This document shows, one piece after another, positions 18,284-27,758 of a stretch of DNA of 64,000 nucleotides. Source of the DNA: Paludibacteraceae bacterium (GTDB lineage Bacteria; Bacillota_I; Bacilli_A; RFN20; CAG-826); contig CAVFEQ010000005.1 of assembly GCA_963621535.1 (NCBI GenBank), positions 3,800-67,799 of the forward strand. The letters run 5' to 3'. The position numbers and the translations under genes were made by a program. Numbering within the stretch: position 1 is the stretch's first letter; each line of letters starts with the position of its first letter. The notes below the pieces were generated by a model. That model had not been told where the DNA came from. It did no database searches and saw only the letters and a program-made list of their open reading frames with translations.

Positions 18284-19834
18284 ATGCAACTCAAAAAGAT
18301 TCTTTATGTTATGGCGGCGCTGACGCTGAGTGCCTGCGCCACCACCCCCTCTTCTTCAAGCGAGAGCGAGCCCCCAGCAAGCTCCATCGACACCTCAAAG
18401 GCCCCGGATTATTCCTCATCCTCAAAGAAGATGACGATGTATTCCTACGCCGCTCCCAACAAAGGCTTCTACACCAAAGACGGGACGATCTATCAGACCA
18501 AAGACGAAAACGGCAACCCCATCACCTTCCAGACCAAGGAGATGTACCAGCAATACAAAGACGCCGGCTTCGACTATCTCCTCATCGACGCCAACGACCC
18601 CTATAACGGGGAGGATTGGGAAAGCTCGAGCGTCAAGAAACTCTTCGATCTCGCCGAAAGCGTCGGGCTGAAGACGATTCTCTTCGACCAGAGGATCTAC
18701 AAGCTTTCCACTTCCGAGACCCCCATCGTCGGCGAAGGCTATGCCTATGCAAGCCAAGAAGAGCTCGTCGCCTATTTGAAAACCTGCATCCAGGATTATT
18801 CAAAGCACCCTGCCTTCCACGGCATCATGCTCAAAGACGAGCCAAGCTATCTTTCTTTCCCCGCGATCGGTGCCCTCTATAAAGGCATTAAGGAGATAAG
18901 CTCGGACATCTTCGTCCAATGCAATCTCTTCCCCTGCAATCCTAGCGTCGCCTCCTCTTACGAAGAAGGCGCCACTTCCGATGGCCTGCTTAGCCATTAT
19001 CGGAACTACGTAAGCGGCTTCGTCGAGGCCACTGGGGCGAGCTACATCATGGTGGACTCCTACCCCATGAGAGTGAAAGATGGCGACATCAATAGCCCTC
19101 AACTAGACATCAACCACCTTCCGACGATGCAAATCTGCGCCGAAGTGGCCGAAAAGGAAAACTTAGAGCTTTATCTAGTCGTCCAATCCTCCTCCTGGAC
19201 CAATAACGGGGTGAGGAAGACCCGTCCGGTCACCTTGAATGACCTCTATTGGCAGTGGAACGTCGCTCTTGGCTTCGGGGTGGACCAAATCAGCTACTTC
19301 ACCTATATGCGCCGTCCTAGCAACTCCTCTACAGGGGAAAGCTTCGATGACGGCACTAGCTTCGTCACAAGCAACGGCAAGACCACCCCGCTGTATGACT
19401 GGGCGAAAACCTATCACCCCGGGATCAAAAGCCTCGCCAGCGTCACGATGAACTTCTCCTATAATGGCCTTTGCTCCTATCTAAATTCCACTAGCGCCGC
19501 TTGCGACGTGAGCTTCCTAAGCAATGTCAAAGACGCGGAAAGCTTCAAATACGTGGACATGGAGAAGACCGAGAACGATTCCAAATCGATTCTCCTTGCC
19601 ACGGAGATGATCGACAAATCAAACAGCCAGTATGGCTATATGTGCGTCAACGCGACCGATCCGGTGACCACCAGCTCCAAATCCAAAAGCGTCGTCGCCT
19701 TCAAAGAGGGGGTCGACGCGGTCAGAGTCATCGACGATGAGGGGAATATCAGCGACTTCGCTGCAAGCTCAGGAACCTACACAGTCGAGCTTGAGCCCGG
19801 AAGAGGCGTGTTCATCATGCCTTATTCCTATTGA
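18284..19834 (+). CDS. lipoprotein, 'DEP-motif' TIM-barrel-like paralogue 2
   Basis: 516 aa with a GGAGGA SD. Lipobox MQLKKILYVMAALTLSAC. Blocks IMLKDEP, CNLFPCNP and IMVDSYPM align with the 11950 and 22164 ORFs. Confidence 0.6.
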   Translation: MQLKKILYVMAALTLSACATTPSSSSESEPPASSIDTSKAPDYSSSSKKMTMYSYAAPNKGFYTKDGTIYQTKDENGNPITFQTKEMYQQYKDAGFDYLLIDANDPYNGEDWESSSVKKLFDLAESVGLKTILFDQRIYKLSTSETPIVGEGYAYASQEELVAYLKTCIQDYSKHPAFHGIMLKDEPSYLSFPAIGALYKGIKEISSDIFVQCNLFPCNPSVASSYEEGATSDGLLSHYRNYVSGFVEATGASYIMVDSYPMRVKDGDINSPQLDINHLPTMQICAEVAEKENLELYLVVQSSSWTNNGVRKTRPVTLNDLYWQWNVALGFGVDQISYFTYMRRPSNSSTGESFDDGTSFVTSNGKTTPLYDWAKTYHPGIKSLASVTMNFSYNGLCSYLNSTSAACDVSFLSNVKDAESFKYVDMEKTENDSKSILLATEMIDKSNSQYGYMCVNATDPVTTSSKSKSVVAFKEGVDAVRVIDDEGNISDFAASSGTYTVELEPGRGVFIMPYSY

Positions 19835-19851
19835 GGAAGGAGGAAAGAAAT

Positions 19852-22131
19852 ATGAACCTCAAAGCCAAAGCAAATGCCCTCTTCCTGCTTTCCGCCACCG
19901 CTTTAAGCGGGGCGATCGCCCTTTCCTTGAACCTCTCTTCCCCAATCGAGGCCAAGCCTCTCCACGCGGAAGAAGAGACCATCAAAACCCTTTCGATCTT
20001 CGGCAGCCAGAAGTCCAATAGCGATGAAGCCGCAGGCGGAGCCAACGGCATGTTCTACCGCGTCTACGCAACCCAAGGCATCGTCGCCTGGGGAAAGGAA
20101 TACAAAGGGGCGGCCTATGATGCTTCCGGCAACAAATACGACGTCCTCGTCCGCAACGTCGCTGGCAGCGCGAAGCTGGAAGATGGAACAGCGGTCCACG
20201 TCCTCGACATCAAGATGGAAGGGACTTTCCTAAGCCCCCTCATCCTCAAGAAAAGCACCGTCTTCGTACAAACTGACGACGAGACCAGCAAACTGAGCTT
20301 CGATAAAAGCTATCAGCTCACCCACGTCGCGGATTGGACGCCAGCAACGGTCAGCGAATACGCTGAGCCTAAGCTCACCGCCATCCATGATTGCTTCAAA
20401 AGCTGCGACGACCCGGCGGAAGGAGGGAGCAGCGGCATGTTCTACCGCCTCCATTTGGAGCTAGGCACCACCGCTTATAACGCCACCTACTCCGGAGCCG
20501 TCTATGACCAATACGGCATCAAATACGAAATCACTTTCCTTGACCGGGGAAGCGAAGACGTCAGTGATGGGGAAACCACGACTAAATACCGCATCGTCGA
20601 TCTGCAGATGGCAAGCGCTTTCCTCCCTGAGGTCTATATCAGCAGCGACACCGTCTTCACCAACCTCTCCAATGAGGGCGATTGCTTCTCCTTTAAAAAG
20701 AACTACCGCATCGCTCATGTCAAGAACTGGTCGCCGGCTATGGTAGAAGAAGTCGACGAGATCGTCATGGCGGCGAGCATGGAGATCGATACCTCCTCTT
20801 CTTTAGAATGCAACGAAGCGGAGAAGCGCTTCCGCTTCTTGGTGGAAGATACTATCGTCAGCGAAGGAGCGACCTATTCAGGTCAAGTCTATGACATCTA
20901 CGATGAATCTTACGACGCCACCTTGGAAGCAAAAGGCATCGATGAGACCAGCAAAAAGCGGATCGTCGATTTGAAACTCTCGACCTGGAAGAGCCCCTTC
21001 GTCCTTAAGACGACCACTCTCTTCATTTCCACCGACAACCCCAACTTCAAGTTCACGATGGACAAGCAATACCTTCTCAGCGCGACAAAAGAAAGCAAAA
21101 CAAGCGTGCAGGTCTATAAGGGCCCAGTCTCCGTCTCGCTTTCTACATGCATGCTTAACGAAACAATCGACTTCGGGGAAGCGAGCTTCGACGTCCCTCT
21201 TTGCTATTCTACCGGAGACAACGTGCCCGCTTATTTCGCTAGGGGAACCTTGACCCTGACGCAAAGCGAAACCAAAGACGGGAAGACCGCCTTCACGCTC
21301 AAGATGCAGGCAAGCGGAGGCTTGGAATCGTTCCTCATCCGCAAAAAGAACCTGCTCGCTTCTAATAACGCAAACCTGCCCATCATCGAAATCGATAAGG
21401 ACTATGAATGCAAGAAGCAAGAAGACGGCAGCTATCTCCTTGACGAGGTGAGCCAGAGCGAAAGCGCCTCCTTTTCCTTAGGGAACTCGCGCTGGGCAAC
21501 CTCGCTAAAAAACGATGACTACACCAATCTCGTGAGCTTTGACTACTCAGCCCTAAGCGGCCTCCACTCCTTGAGGAACAACACCCCATATTATGGCAAG
21601 GTGTATTCGCAAAGCGGCGCGGAGATCGAGGCGAAGATCATCGTCTTCGAGGTCGAGGAAGTCATCGACACCACCTTATTCCGCTGCGGCATCTACATCG
21701 CTTCGGAAGAGCAGGAATTCATCTTGAAGAAAGAGACCCTCTTCAGTCGCGATACCAGCAGCCAATGGAGCTCAAGCGGCCCCGCGGCAATCTTTTCGGG
21801 CTATGATTATGACATCGCCTTCACCCCTGATAGCGCCCGCATCAGCAAATCCATCGTCGGCTCCTCGAAAGACAAGACGACCGATGAGGCGCCCACGATC
21901 CGCTACGAAGGGGAGAAGACGCTCTACAAGAAAGAAGGGGATAGCGCCCCGCTATTCATCGTAAGCGCCGCCGACGCCTTCGGAATGGATGTCCTCGTTG
22001 ACCGCATCTACAGCGAAGGCGCAGTCGACTCTAGGGGAAGGCTAACAAAGGGCGAGCACACCTGCTCCTTCATCGCCAAAGACTCTTACGGTAACACGGC
22101 TACCCTAGTCATCACCCTCATCGTCGAATAA
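19852..22131 (+). CDS. secreted protein made of about five copies of an unassigned ~130-aa module plus a C-terminal Ig-like (DUF5011-like) domain
   Basis: 759 aa from the ATG at 19852, which has a GAGGAAGGAGG SD. Type-I signal peptide (MNLKAKANALFLLSATALSGAIALS...). Repeated signatures GG[AS][NS]GMFYR and Y.G.VYD..G..Y. The C-terminus ends ...GEHTCSFIAKDSYGNTATLVITLIV. Confidence 0.7.
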   Translation: MNLKAKANALFLLSATALSGAIALSLNLSSPIEAKPLHAEEETIKTLSIFGSQKSNSDEAAGGANGMFYRVYATQGIVAWGKEYKGAAYDASGNKYDVLVRNVAGSAKLEDGTAVHVLDIKMEGTFLSPLILKKSTVFVQTDDETSKLSFDKSYQLTHVADWTPATVSEYAEPKLTAIHDCFKSCDDPAEGGSSGMFYRLHLELGTTAYNATYSGAVYDQYGIKYEITFLDRGSEDVSDGETTTKYRIVDLQMASAFLPEVYISSDTVFTNLSNEGDCFSFKKNYRIAHVKNWSPAMVEEVDEIVMAASMEIDTSSSLECNEAEKRFRFLVEDTIVSEGATYSGQVYDIYDESYDATLEAKGIDETSKKRIVDLKLSTWKSPFVLKTTTLFISTDNPNFKFTMDKQYLLSATKESKTSVQVYKGPVSVSLSTCMLNETIDFGEASFDVPLCYSTGDNVPAYFARGTLTLTQSETKDGKTAFTLKMQASGGLESFLIRKKNLLASNNANLPIIEIDKDYECKKQEDGSYLLDEVSQSESASFSLGNSRWATSLKNDDYTNLVSFDYSALSGLHSLRNNTPYYGKVYSQSGAEIEAKIIVFEVEEVIDTTLFRCGIYIASEEQEFILKKETLFSRDTSSQWSSSGPAAIFSGYDYDIAFTPDSARISKSIVGSSKDKTTDEAPTIRYEGEKTLYKKEGDSAPLFIVSAADAFGMDVLVDRIYSEGAVDSRGRLTKGEHTCSFIAKDSYGNTATLVITLIVE

Positions 22132-22163
22132 ACTCACCCCACAAGGGAGAAAGGCGAGTTCCT

Positions 22164-23345
22164 ATGGAAAATCGCGAAAAATTCATCCTAACCTACTTTG
22201 CCTTCTCCCCGGTGGAGTATGAGCAAAGCCTCATCCGCTTCTCAAAAGAGGCCCTGATCAACCTCCTTCCTACCTATACCTACGACCCCGCCAAACATTC
22301 TTTGGCCCGTTTCGAAGAATATCTAAGCAAAGCGGAGGAGGAAAACCTCCCCGTTTTGCTTTACGACGCCCGTATCTCCTACAAGGCTTTGAAAGAAAAG
22401 GGCGAGGAAAGCTTCCGACTTGATTTAGATGAAAGCTTGAAGGTCGCTTCAAAGCATAAGAACGTCCTTGGCTACTTCCTTGGCGATGAGCCTTATGAGA
22501 AGGACTTCCCTTATTTGATCCGCTGCAACAAAATCATCGCAGAAAAAGCGCCGTATCTCTCCAATTACGTGAATTTCTTCCCCTATTTCAACCAGAAAAG
22601 CCAGAAGGACATCTACTCCTTTTCGATGGAAGAATACCCTATGGTCCTTGCTCGTCTTCTTAAGGAATCCGGCCTCAAACTCTGGGGGATGGACCATTAC
22701 GGGATCCTCTGGGAATATGGCAGAGAAAGAGGGGTCGAGGAGTTCTTCAAGACGATTGACATCATGAAGAAAGTCGCCTCGCTTTCAGGTCTTTCTCCTT
22801 GGTTAGCGGGATGCTCTATCGGGCACTTCCAGATGGCCCATCCTCATTATGAGGACTTCCGTTACGTCTTATCGCTTGCCTTCCTTTCCGGCTTCTCCGG
22901 GGTCAGCTGGTACAAATTCGCCGACTCCGGTTTTGGGTTAAGCGCCTTGTTTAGCGGATCAGACGGGCTCTTCCCCGTCACGTTGAACGGCAAGACCAGC
23001 GCGACCTACGATGAGCTAACTCTTGCCCAGCTTTGGTTCAAAAGGAAATTCTCCCAATATGAGAATCTGACTTACCTGCGTTCCCTTCAAGTGAATTTTT
23101 CAGGCCACCAAATCGAGGACTTCTCTCCTAATGAGGAGATCCTCGATTTCCATAGCGATCACTCTTCCCCCTTCTTGCTCTCCGTTTTCATAGACGAGAG
23201 GGGAAAACGCTACTACTTCGCGATGAATCTGAACCAAGAGAAAGCAGACGCCATCCATTTCTCTTTCTCCGCTACCTCCAACTACAAAAAGGGATCCTGC
23301 TGGCTTAGACCCGGCGAAATGGCCCTCATCAGCAATGAAAAATAA
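22164..23345 (+). CDS. cytoplasmic 'DEP-motif' TIM-barrel-like paralogue 3
   Basis: 393 aa with no signal peptide. Blocks YFLGDEP, VNFFPYFN and WGMDHYGI align with the two lipoprotein paralogues. Confidence 0.55.
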   Translation: MENREKFILTYFAFSPVEYEQSLIRFSKEALINLLPTYTYDPAKHSLARFEEYLSKAEEENLPVLLYDARISYKALKEKGEESFRLDLDESLKVASKHKNVLGYFLGDEPYEKDFPYLIRCNKIIAEKAPYLSNYVNFFPYFNQKSQKDIYSFSMEEYPMVLARLLKESGLKLWGMDHYGILWEYGRERGVEEFFKTIDIMKKVASLSGLSPWLAGCSIGHFQMAHPHYEDFRYVLSLAFLSGFSGVSWYKFADSGFGLSALFSGSDGLFPVTLNGKTSATYDELTLAQLWFKRKFSQYENLTYLRSLQVNFSGHQIEDFSPNEEILDFHSDHSSPFLLSVFIDERGKRYYFAMNLNQEKADAIHFSFSATSNYKKGSCWLRPGEMALISNEK

Positions 23346-26118
23346 GCATCGTTACTACGAACTCATCTCCTATAAGAAAACCCACCGCGGAAGCGGGGAT
23401 TTCAATGGCCCAGAAAGTTCCTTCTCTTTAAAGGAGCAGCTTGATTATCTAGAAACTTTCGCGACTGACTACTCTTCTTTCATCGACGCCAAGCTAGACC
23501 AAGAAGTCATTGAGGAAGAAGAGCTTTCCAAATGGAAAGAGAAAATCAAGCCGCAGGAGAACGCGTTCAGAAAAAGGGAATACCTCAAAGACCTAGAGGC
23601 CTATGCACAGGTGGAAGGGGAATATGAGTACCTTCATCCCTTCACTTCCCGTTGCCAGATAAAAGGGCGGAGAATTTGCCTCACCGGGCAAGGGGTTTAC
23701 CCAGCTTCGGGCTTCGTCCTCGAGCTAGGCTCCCCTTTTGCGAAGATGGAGCTAAAAATCCGCATAAGCGAGGATTTTGCGACCCCTCTGCGGGGCAAGA
23801 AGACAGTCACCGCGATGGGGAAGGTCTTAGAATTCCGTAACGGCATAGAGGAAATCATCCGCCTCCAGTTCTATAGCGATGGCTCTTTGGACGCGCGGAC
23901 GTTAGAGAAAGACATCTATCATTACACCAATCACGGAATCGCTTCTTTCCCTTTTGGGGAAGACAACGACCTTCATCTTTTCTTTTCAGAAAAAGAGGTG
24001 AAAATCTCTTTCCGCGGCCAAAAGGCAAGCTTCCCCTGCGCGACTTTGCCTAACCTCTTGATGGGAAGCTCCGGCTTCTACCCCATGGGGGACATGGAAG
24101 TCGAGTTGACGCACGTCTATGACAAAGAAGGCAAAGAGATCGACCCTTTCAAGAAAGCCAGCAAGAAAGAAACCCGTTGCTTAGAGAAGGTGGACCTTCC
24201 TTTTGGGATTGGGGGACAAGCTAACGCCTTCTCTACCTTGATTCTTAAAAAGAGCTTTAAGCACCAAGAAAACGGAAAGGATCTTTATCTTCATCTCTCT
24301 TGCCTTGACCCTTGCGGGAAGGCGGTTATCAATGGCCACGAATTCCCTTGCCCCGACTTCCTTTCGCAGGAATTCAACTTGACCCCTTACCTAAAAGAAG
24401 GAGAAAACGAGCTAGAGCTATTTGTGGAACCCCGCTGTAGCGAGAACTTCTGTTCCTGGCACCGCGGCAAAGACCCCAATTACGGATGGTTCGCCGGGGA
24501 GGCTTATCTAGAGGAAAGAAGCAAAGAGGCCTATCTGGCTTTCGTCAAAATCGAAACGTTAAAAGGCAGCCTAGCGAGAGTCTCTCTCGACGTTTCTAGC
24601 GGCTCTCCAAGAAAGGTTCTTCTAGAGACTTATTGCGATTCCTCTCTCCGTAAAAGCGAGGAATTCGCTTTAGAGAAAGGGCTCACCCATCTGGAGTTTG
24701 AGGCGGATTTCCAAACAAGCCTTTGGAGCCCAGAAAGGCCAGATCTGCATGATATTCGCTTCGATTTATTGGAAAAAGGCCGCAAAAGTGACTCCTTTTC
24801 TTTGCAATATGGCTTCCGGACCATCGCGCAAAATCATGGGGATTTGCTGCTAAACGGTTCCCCTTATGTCTTAAAAGGGGCACTGCTCATGCTCTACCCC
24901 TGGCCGATTGAAGAACTGCCTTTGCAACATCTTTGCCCCAGCGAGGAAACGATTCTAAAAGAGGCTTTGAAAGCCAAGGCGATGAACTGCAACACCGTGC
25001 GCATGCATATGCTGGGGTATGGGAACGCCGAGGAGAGATATGCGCGGATCTTCGACGCGGTTGGGCTAAACGTGATCTGGACGACCCGTTTCATCGATTC
25101 TTTGGCTACCTGCCTTTGGGACCCTTCGTGGCGGCAGAAAGAAGGCTACGCCCACCAGATCAAAGACGTGATCAACCACCCTTCCATCATCATCTACGAA
25201 GGCCTCAACGAGCAAGGGATGTATCAAAAAGACATCGACGCGTCTTACCGCGCCTTCCTCGCGCTGAAGGATGTCGATTCCTCGCGCCTACTTTCCCCGA
25301 TCTCCCATCTTTATTACGCGGCCGACTCCTATGACCTAGGCTGCTTCTATTACAAAGACGCGGGAAAGGAAAACCAATTCGGCGAGGCAGTTCAATCCGA
25401 TCCCTCCTGGAACGATTCTTTGATCGTCCGTTCTAGCCACGCCTACAATTGGCTGCTTGGCTATGGGCTTGGCTACGACAAACTGAGAAAACAAGATTGG
25501 TCAGGTTACCTCGATCTTCTCCAGAGCAAAAAGGCCGCTTATCTCGTCAGCGAATACGCGATCATCGGCAGGGCGAACCCTAAGACGAAAAACGCCCAAG
25601 CCTTCTTCAATCCAGACTCTTATGAATATGGCGACGAGAAAACGCTTGGCTATGACTTCTCCTCTAATTTCCTGCTCTCTCAGGCCTATCAGGCACTAGC
25701 CGCCAAAAGCGCTTCGAAGAAAATGCTCGGAGACGGGGTCGACGGTTTGCTTTGGTGCGCCCTTTCTAGCGGTGCTAACGAAGGCTCTTATCTGAAGCCT
25801 CCTTTCGATTACCAAGGCTATCCCAAACTCTCTTTCTACGCCTTAAGGGAAGTTTTCCAAAACGCGGTCTGCTTCGATGAGTCGACCGACCTCCTCTGGG
25901 GGGAGGATCATTTGCTCCGCCCTCTTTTATACGGGTGTCCAGACGGAAAGACCTATCAAGTTTCCATCACGATTGAAAACCTAAAAGGGGAGGCTATCAG
26001 AAAGCTAGCTTTCGACCCTGTTCAATTTGACCGATCCGTGGTCAAATTGGAGGCAAGGGAGATAGGGGATTTGCAAGATGGCTACTACCGTATCGTCTAC
26101 GAGGTGAAGGAAGCATGA
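23335..26118 (+). CDS. glycoside hydrolase family 2-like enzyme with an unassigned N-terminal region of about 300 aa
   Basis: 927 aa. Jelly-roll-like segment (LYLHLSCLDPCGKAVINGHEF), TIM-barrel segment (MNCNTVRMHMLGYGN) and a putative acid/base motif HPSIIIYEGLNEQG. It overlaps both neighbouring genes. Confidence 0.55.
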   Translation: MKNKHRYYELISYKKTHRGSGDFNGPESSFSLKEQLDYLETFATDYSSFIDAKLDQEVIEEEELSKWKEKIKPQENAFRKREYLKDLEAYAQVEGEYEYLHPFTSRCQIKGRRICLTGQGVYPASGFVLELGSPFAKMELKIRISEDFATPLRGKKTVTAMGKVLEFRNGIEEIIRLQFYSDGSLDARTLEKDIYHYTNHGIASFPFGEDNDLHLFFSEKEVKISFRGQKASFPCATLPNLLMGSSGFYPMGDMEVELTHVYDKEGKEIDPFKKASKKETRCLEKVDLPFGIGGQANAFSTLILKKSFKHQENGKDLYLHLSCLDPCGKAVINGHEFPCPDFLSQEFNLTPYLKEGENELELFVEPRCSENFCSWHRGKDPNYGWFAGEAYLEERSKEAYLAFVKIETLKGSLARVSLDVSSGSPRKVLLETYCDSSLRKSEEFALEKGLTHLEFEADFQTSLWSPERPDLHDIRFDLLEKGRKSDSFSLQYGFRTIAQNHGDLLLNGSPYVLKGALLMLYPWPIEELPLQHLCPSEETILKEALKAKAMNCNTVRMHMLGYGNAEERYARIFDAVGLNVIWTTRFIDSLATCLWDPSWRQKEGYAHQIKDVINHPSIIIYEGLNEQGMYQKDIDASYRAFLALKDVDSSRLLSPISHLYYAADSYDLGCFYYKDAGKENQFGEAVQSDPSWNDSLIVRSSHAYNWLLGYGLGYDKLRKQDWSGYLDLLQSKKAAYLVSEYAIIGRANPKTKNAQAFFNPDSYEYGDEKTLGYDFSSNFLLSQAYQALAAKSASKKMLGDGVDGLLWCALSSGANEGSYLKPPFDYQGYPKLSFYALREVFQNAVCFDESTDLLWGEDHLLRPLLYGCPDGKTYQVSITIENLKGEAIRKLAFDPVQFDRSVVKLEAREIGDLQDGYYRIVYEVKEA

Positions 26119-27749
26119 AATGCGAACTGGAAAAAGAATATCTGCTGCCTAAGCGAATCGCCAGCCAACAAGGGCGCATCGAGAACGCAGAATGCCTGCT
26201 TAGCAACCAGGGAAGAGTGATTTTCATCCAAGAGAGCAACGTCGCCACGTTCTATGGCCCCTGCTTCATCGTCTTGGATTTCGGCGAGGAAATCCAAGGA
26301 GGAGCGCGCATCCTCTCCCATAAATTCTGCCCAAACTACCATCAAAGAATCCGCCTGCGCTTTGGCGAATCCTTTGGGGAGGCGAATGCCGAATTAGGCG
26401 AGAAGAACGCGACCAACGACCATTCTATTCGCGATCTTTCCTTCACCCTGAATCACCTCTCCGATTTTGAGTTTGGGAAGACGGGGTTCCGTTTTCTGCG
26501 CATCGACTTCTTGGATGAAGGGGAATATCGGATAAAGAACATCTACGCCTCCTACACACATACCAAGCTGAAGGCATCGGGGAAGTTTGTCTCTAATGAC
26601 GTTACGACGAACGCTATTTTCAAAGCCGCGGAAAGGACCATCTACCTGAATCTCCAGGAAGAGCTTCTTGAGGGGATAAAACGCGACCGTCTGGTCTGGA
26701 TGGGAGACATGCAGCAAGAGGTCGAGGCCATGGTCTGGCTCTACCCAGAAAATGACTATATCAAAAGAGCCGTGACTCTTTCCCTTGAAAAGAACCCCTT
26801 GCCCTGTTGGTTTGGGAATATTCCCACCTACTCCTTCTGCCTGCCCCAGATTCTCTTCGAGCATTATCTCCACACAGGGAATCCTTCTTTATCCTTGGCG
26901 AGCATGGATTACCTAGAAGGGATCGTAAGGCAGCTTGATCCCTGCGTGAGCGAAGATGGGCGCATCGATTATTCATTAGGTCAAGCCAAAGCAAGAGAAG
27001 GCTTCTTCTTCGACTGGCCCTCAGCCGGGATGGACGAGGAATGCCAAGAAGCGAACCGCTTCATCTTCCTTTTAGGATTAGAAAGTTATGACAAACTAAG
27101 GAAAAGCCTTGGGCTAAAAAAAGATGAAATTAGCGTCTTTTTGCAGCGAAAACTCCGCAGAAGCCCCTTAAAAAACCTTCAGATTAAGAGCGTCGTCGCC
27201 CTGGGCTACCTCGCTAAAATGATTCCGGAAGAAGTGGCGAGAGAAAAGCTTTTAAAAGACGGGGCAAAAGGGGTTTCCATTCATTACAGCTACGTGATTT
27301 TTAAAGCCATAGCCGAGCTCTCCTCCGCAAAAAAAGCATTGGAGATTTGCAGCGAATTCTATGGGGCGATGCTCTCTAGAGGCGCCACGACGTTTTGGGA
27401 GAACTTCGATTTGGGTATGTTAGAAGGAAGCGGAGCGATCGATATGCCCACCCCCAAGGGAATGAAAGACATCCACGGGGATTTCGGCGACCATTGCTAT
27501 AAAGGCTATCGCCTCTCGCTTTGCCATGGCTGGTCCGTCGGCCCAATCCCTTTCCTCTTCGACAACGTTTTGGGCGTAAAAGTCTTAGAGCCTGGATGCA
27601 AAGTTTTGTCCATCCATCCTGATTTAGGCAACCTAAAGGAACTATCCGCGAGCTTCCCCACCCCTTATGGGCTCGTAAGTATCGAAACCAAAAACGGGGC
27701 GGATACCAAGATAACCGCCCCAAAGGAAATCAGAATAGTCGAAAGATAG
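26115..27749 (+). CDS. GH78-like (alpha-L-rhamnosidase family) six-hairpin glycosidase
   Basis: 544 aa. N-terminal FIVLDFGEEIQGGARI, central RDRLVWMGDM, and C-terminal GATTFWENFD ... SLCHGWSVGPIPFLFDNVLGVKVLEPG are typical of bacterial rhamnosidase-type (alpha/alpha)6 enzymes. The gene ends in TAG. Confidence 0.6.
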   Translation: MKCELEKEYLLPKRIASQQGRIENAECLLSNQGRVIFIQESNVATFYGPCFIVLDFGEEIQGGARILSHKFCPNYHQRIRLRFGESFGEANAELGEKNATNDHSIRDLSFTLNHLSDFEFGKTGFRFLRIDFLDEGEYRIKNIYASYTHTKLKASGKFVSNDVTTNAIFKAAERTIYLNLQEELLEGIKRDRLVWMGDMQQEVEAMVWLYPENDYIKRAVTLSLEKNPLPCWFGNIPTYSFCLPQILFEHYLHTGNPSLSLASMDYLEGIVRQLDPCVSEDGRIDYSLGQAKAREGFFFDWPSAGMDEECQEANRFIFLLGLESYDKLRKSLGLKKDEISVFLQRKLRRSPLKNLQIKSVVALGYLAKMIPEEVAREKLLKDGAKGVSIHYSYVIFKAIAELSSAKKALEICSEFYGAMLSRGATTFWENFDLGMLEGSGAIDMPTPKGMKDIHGDFGDHCYKGYRLSLCHGWSVGPIPFLFDNVLGVKVLEPGCKVLSIHPDLGNLKELSASFPTPYGLVSIETKNGADTKITAPKEIRIVER

Positions 27750-27758
27750 AAAACGGGT

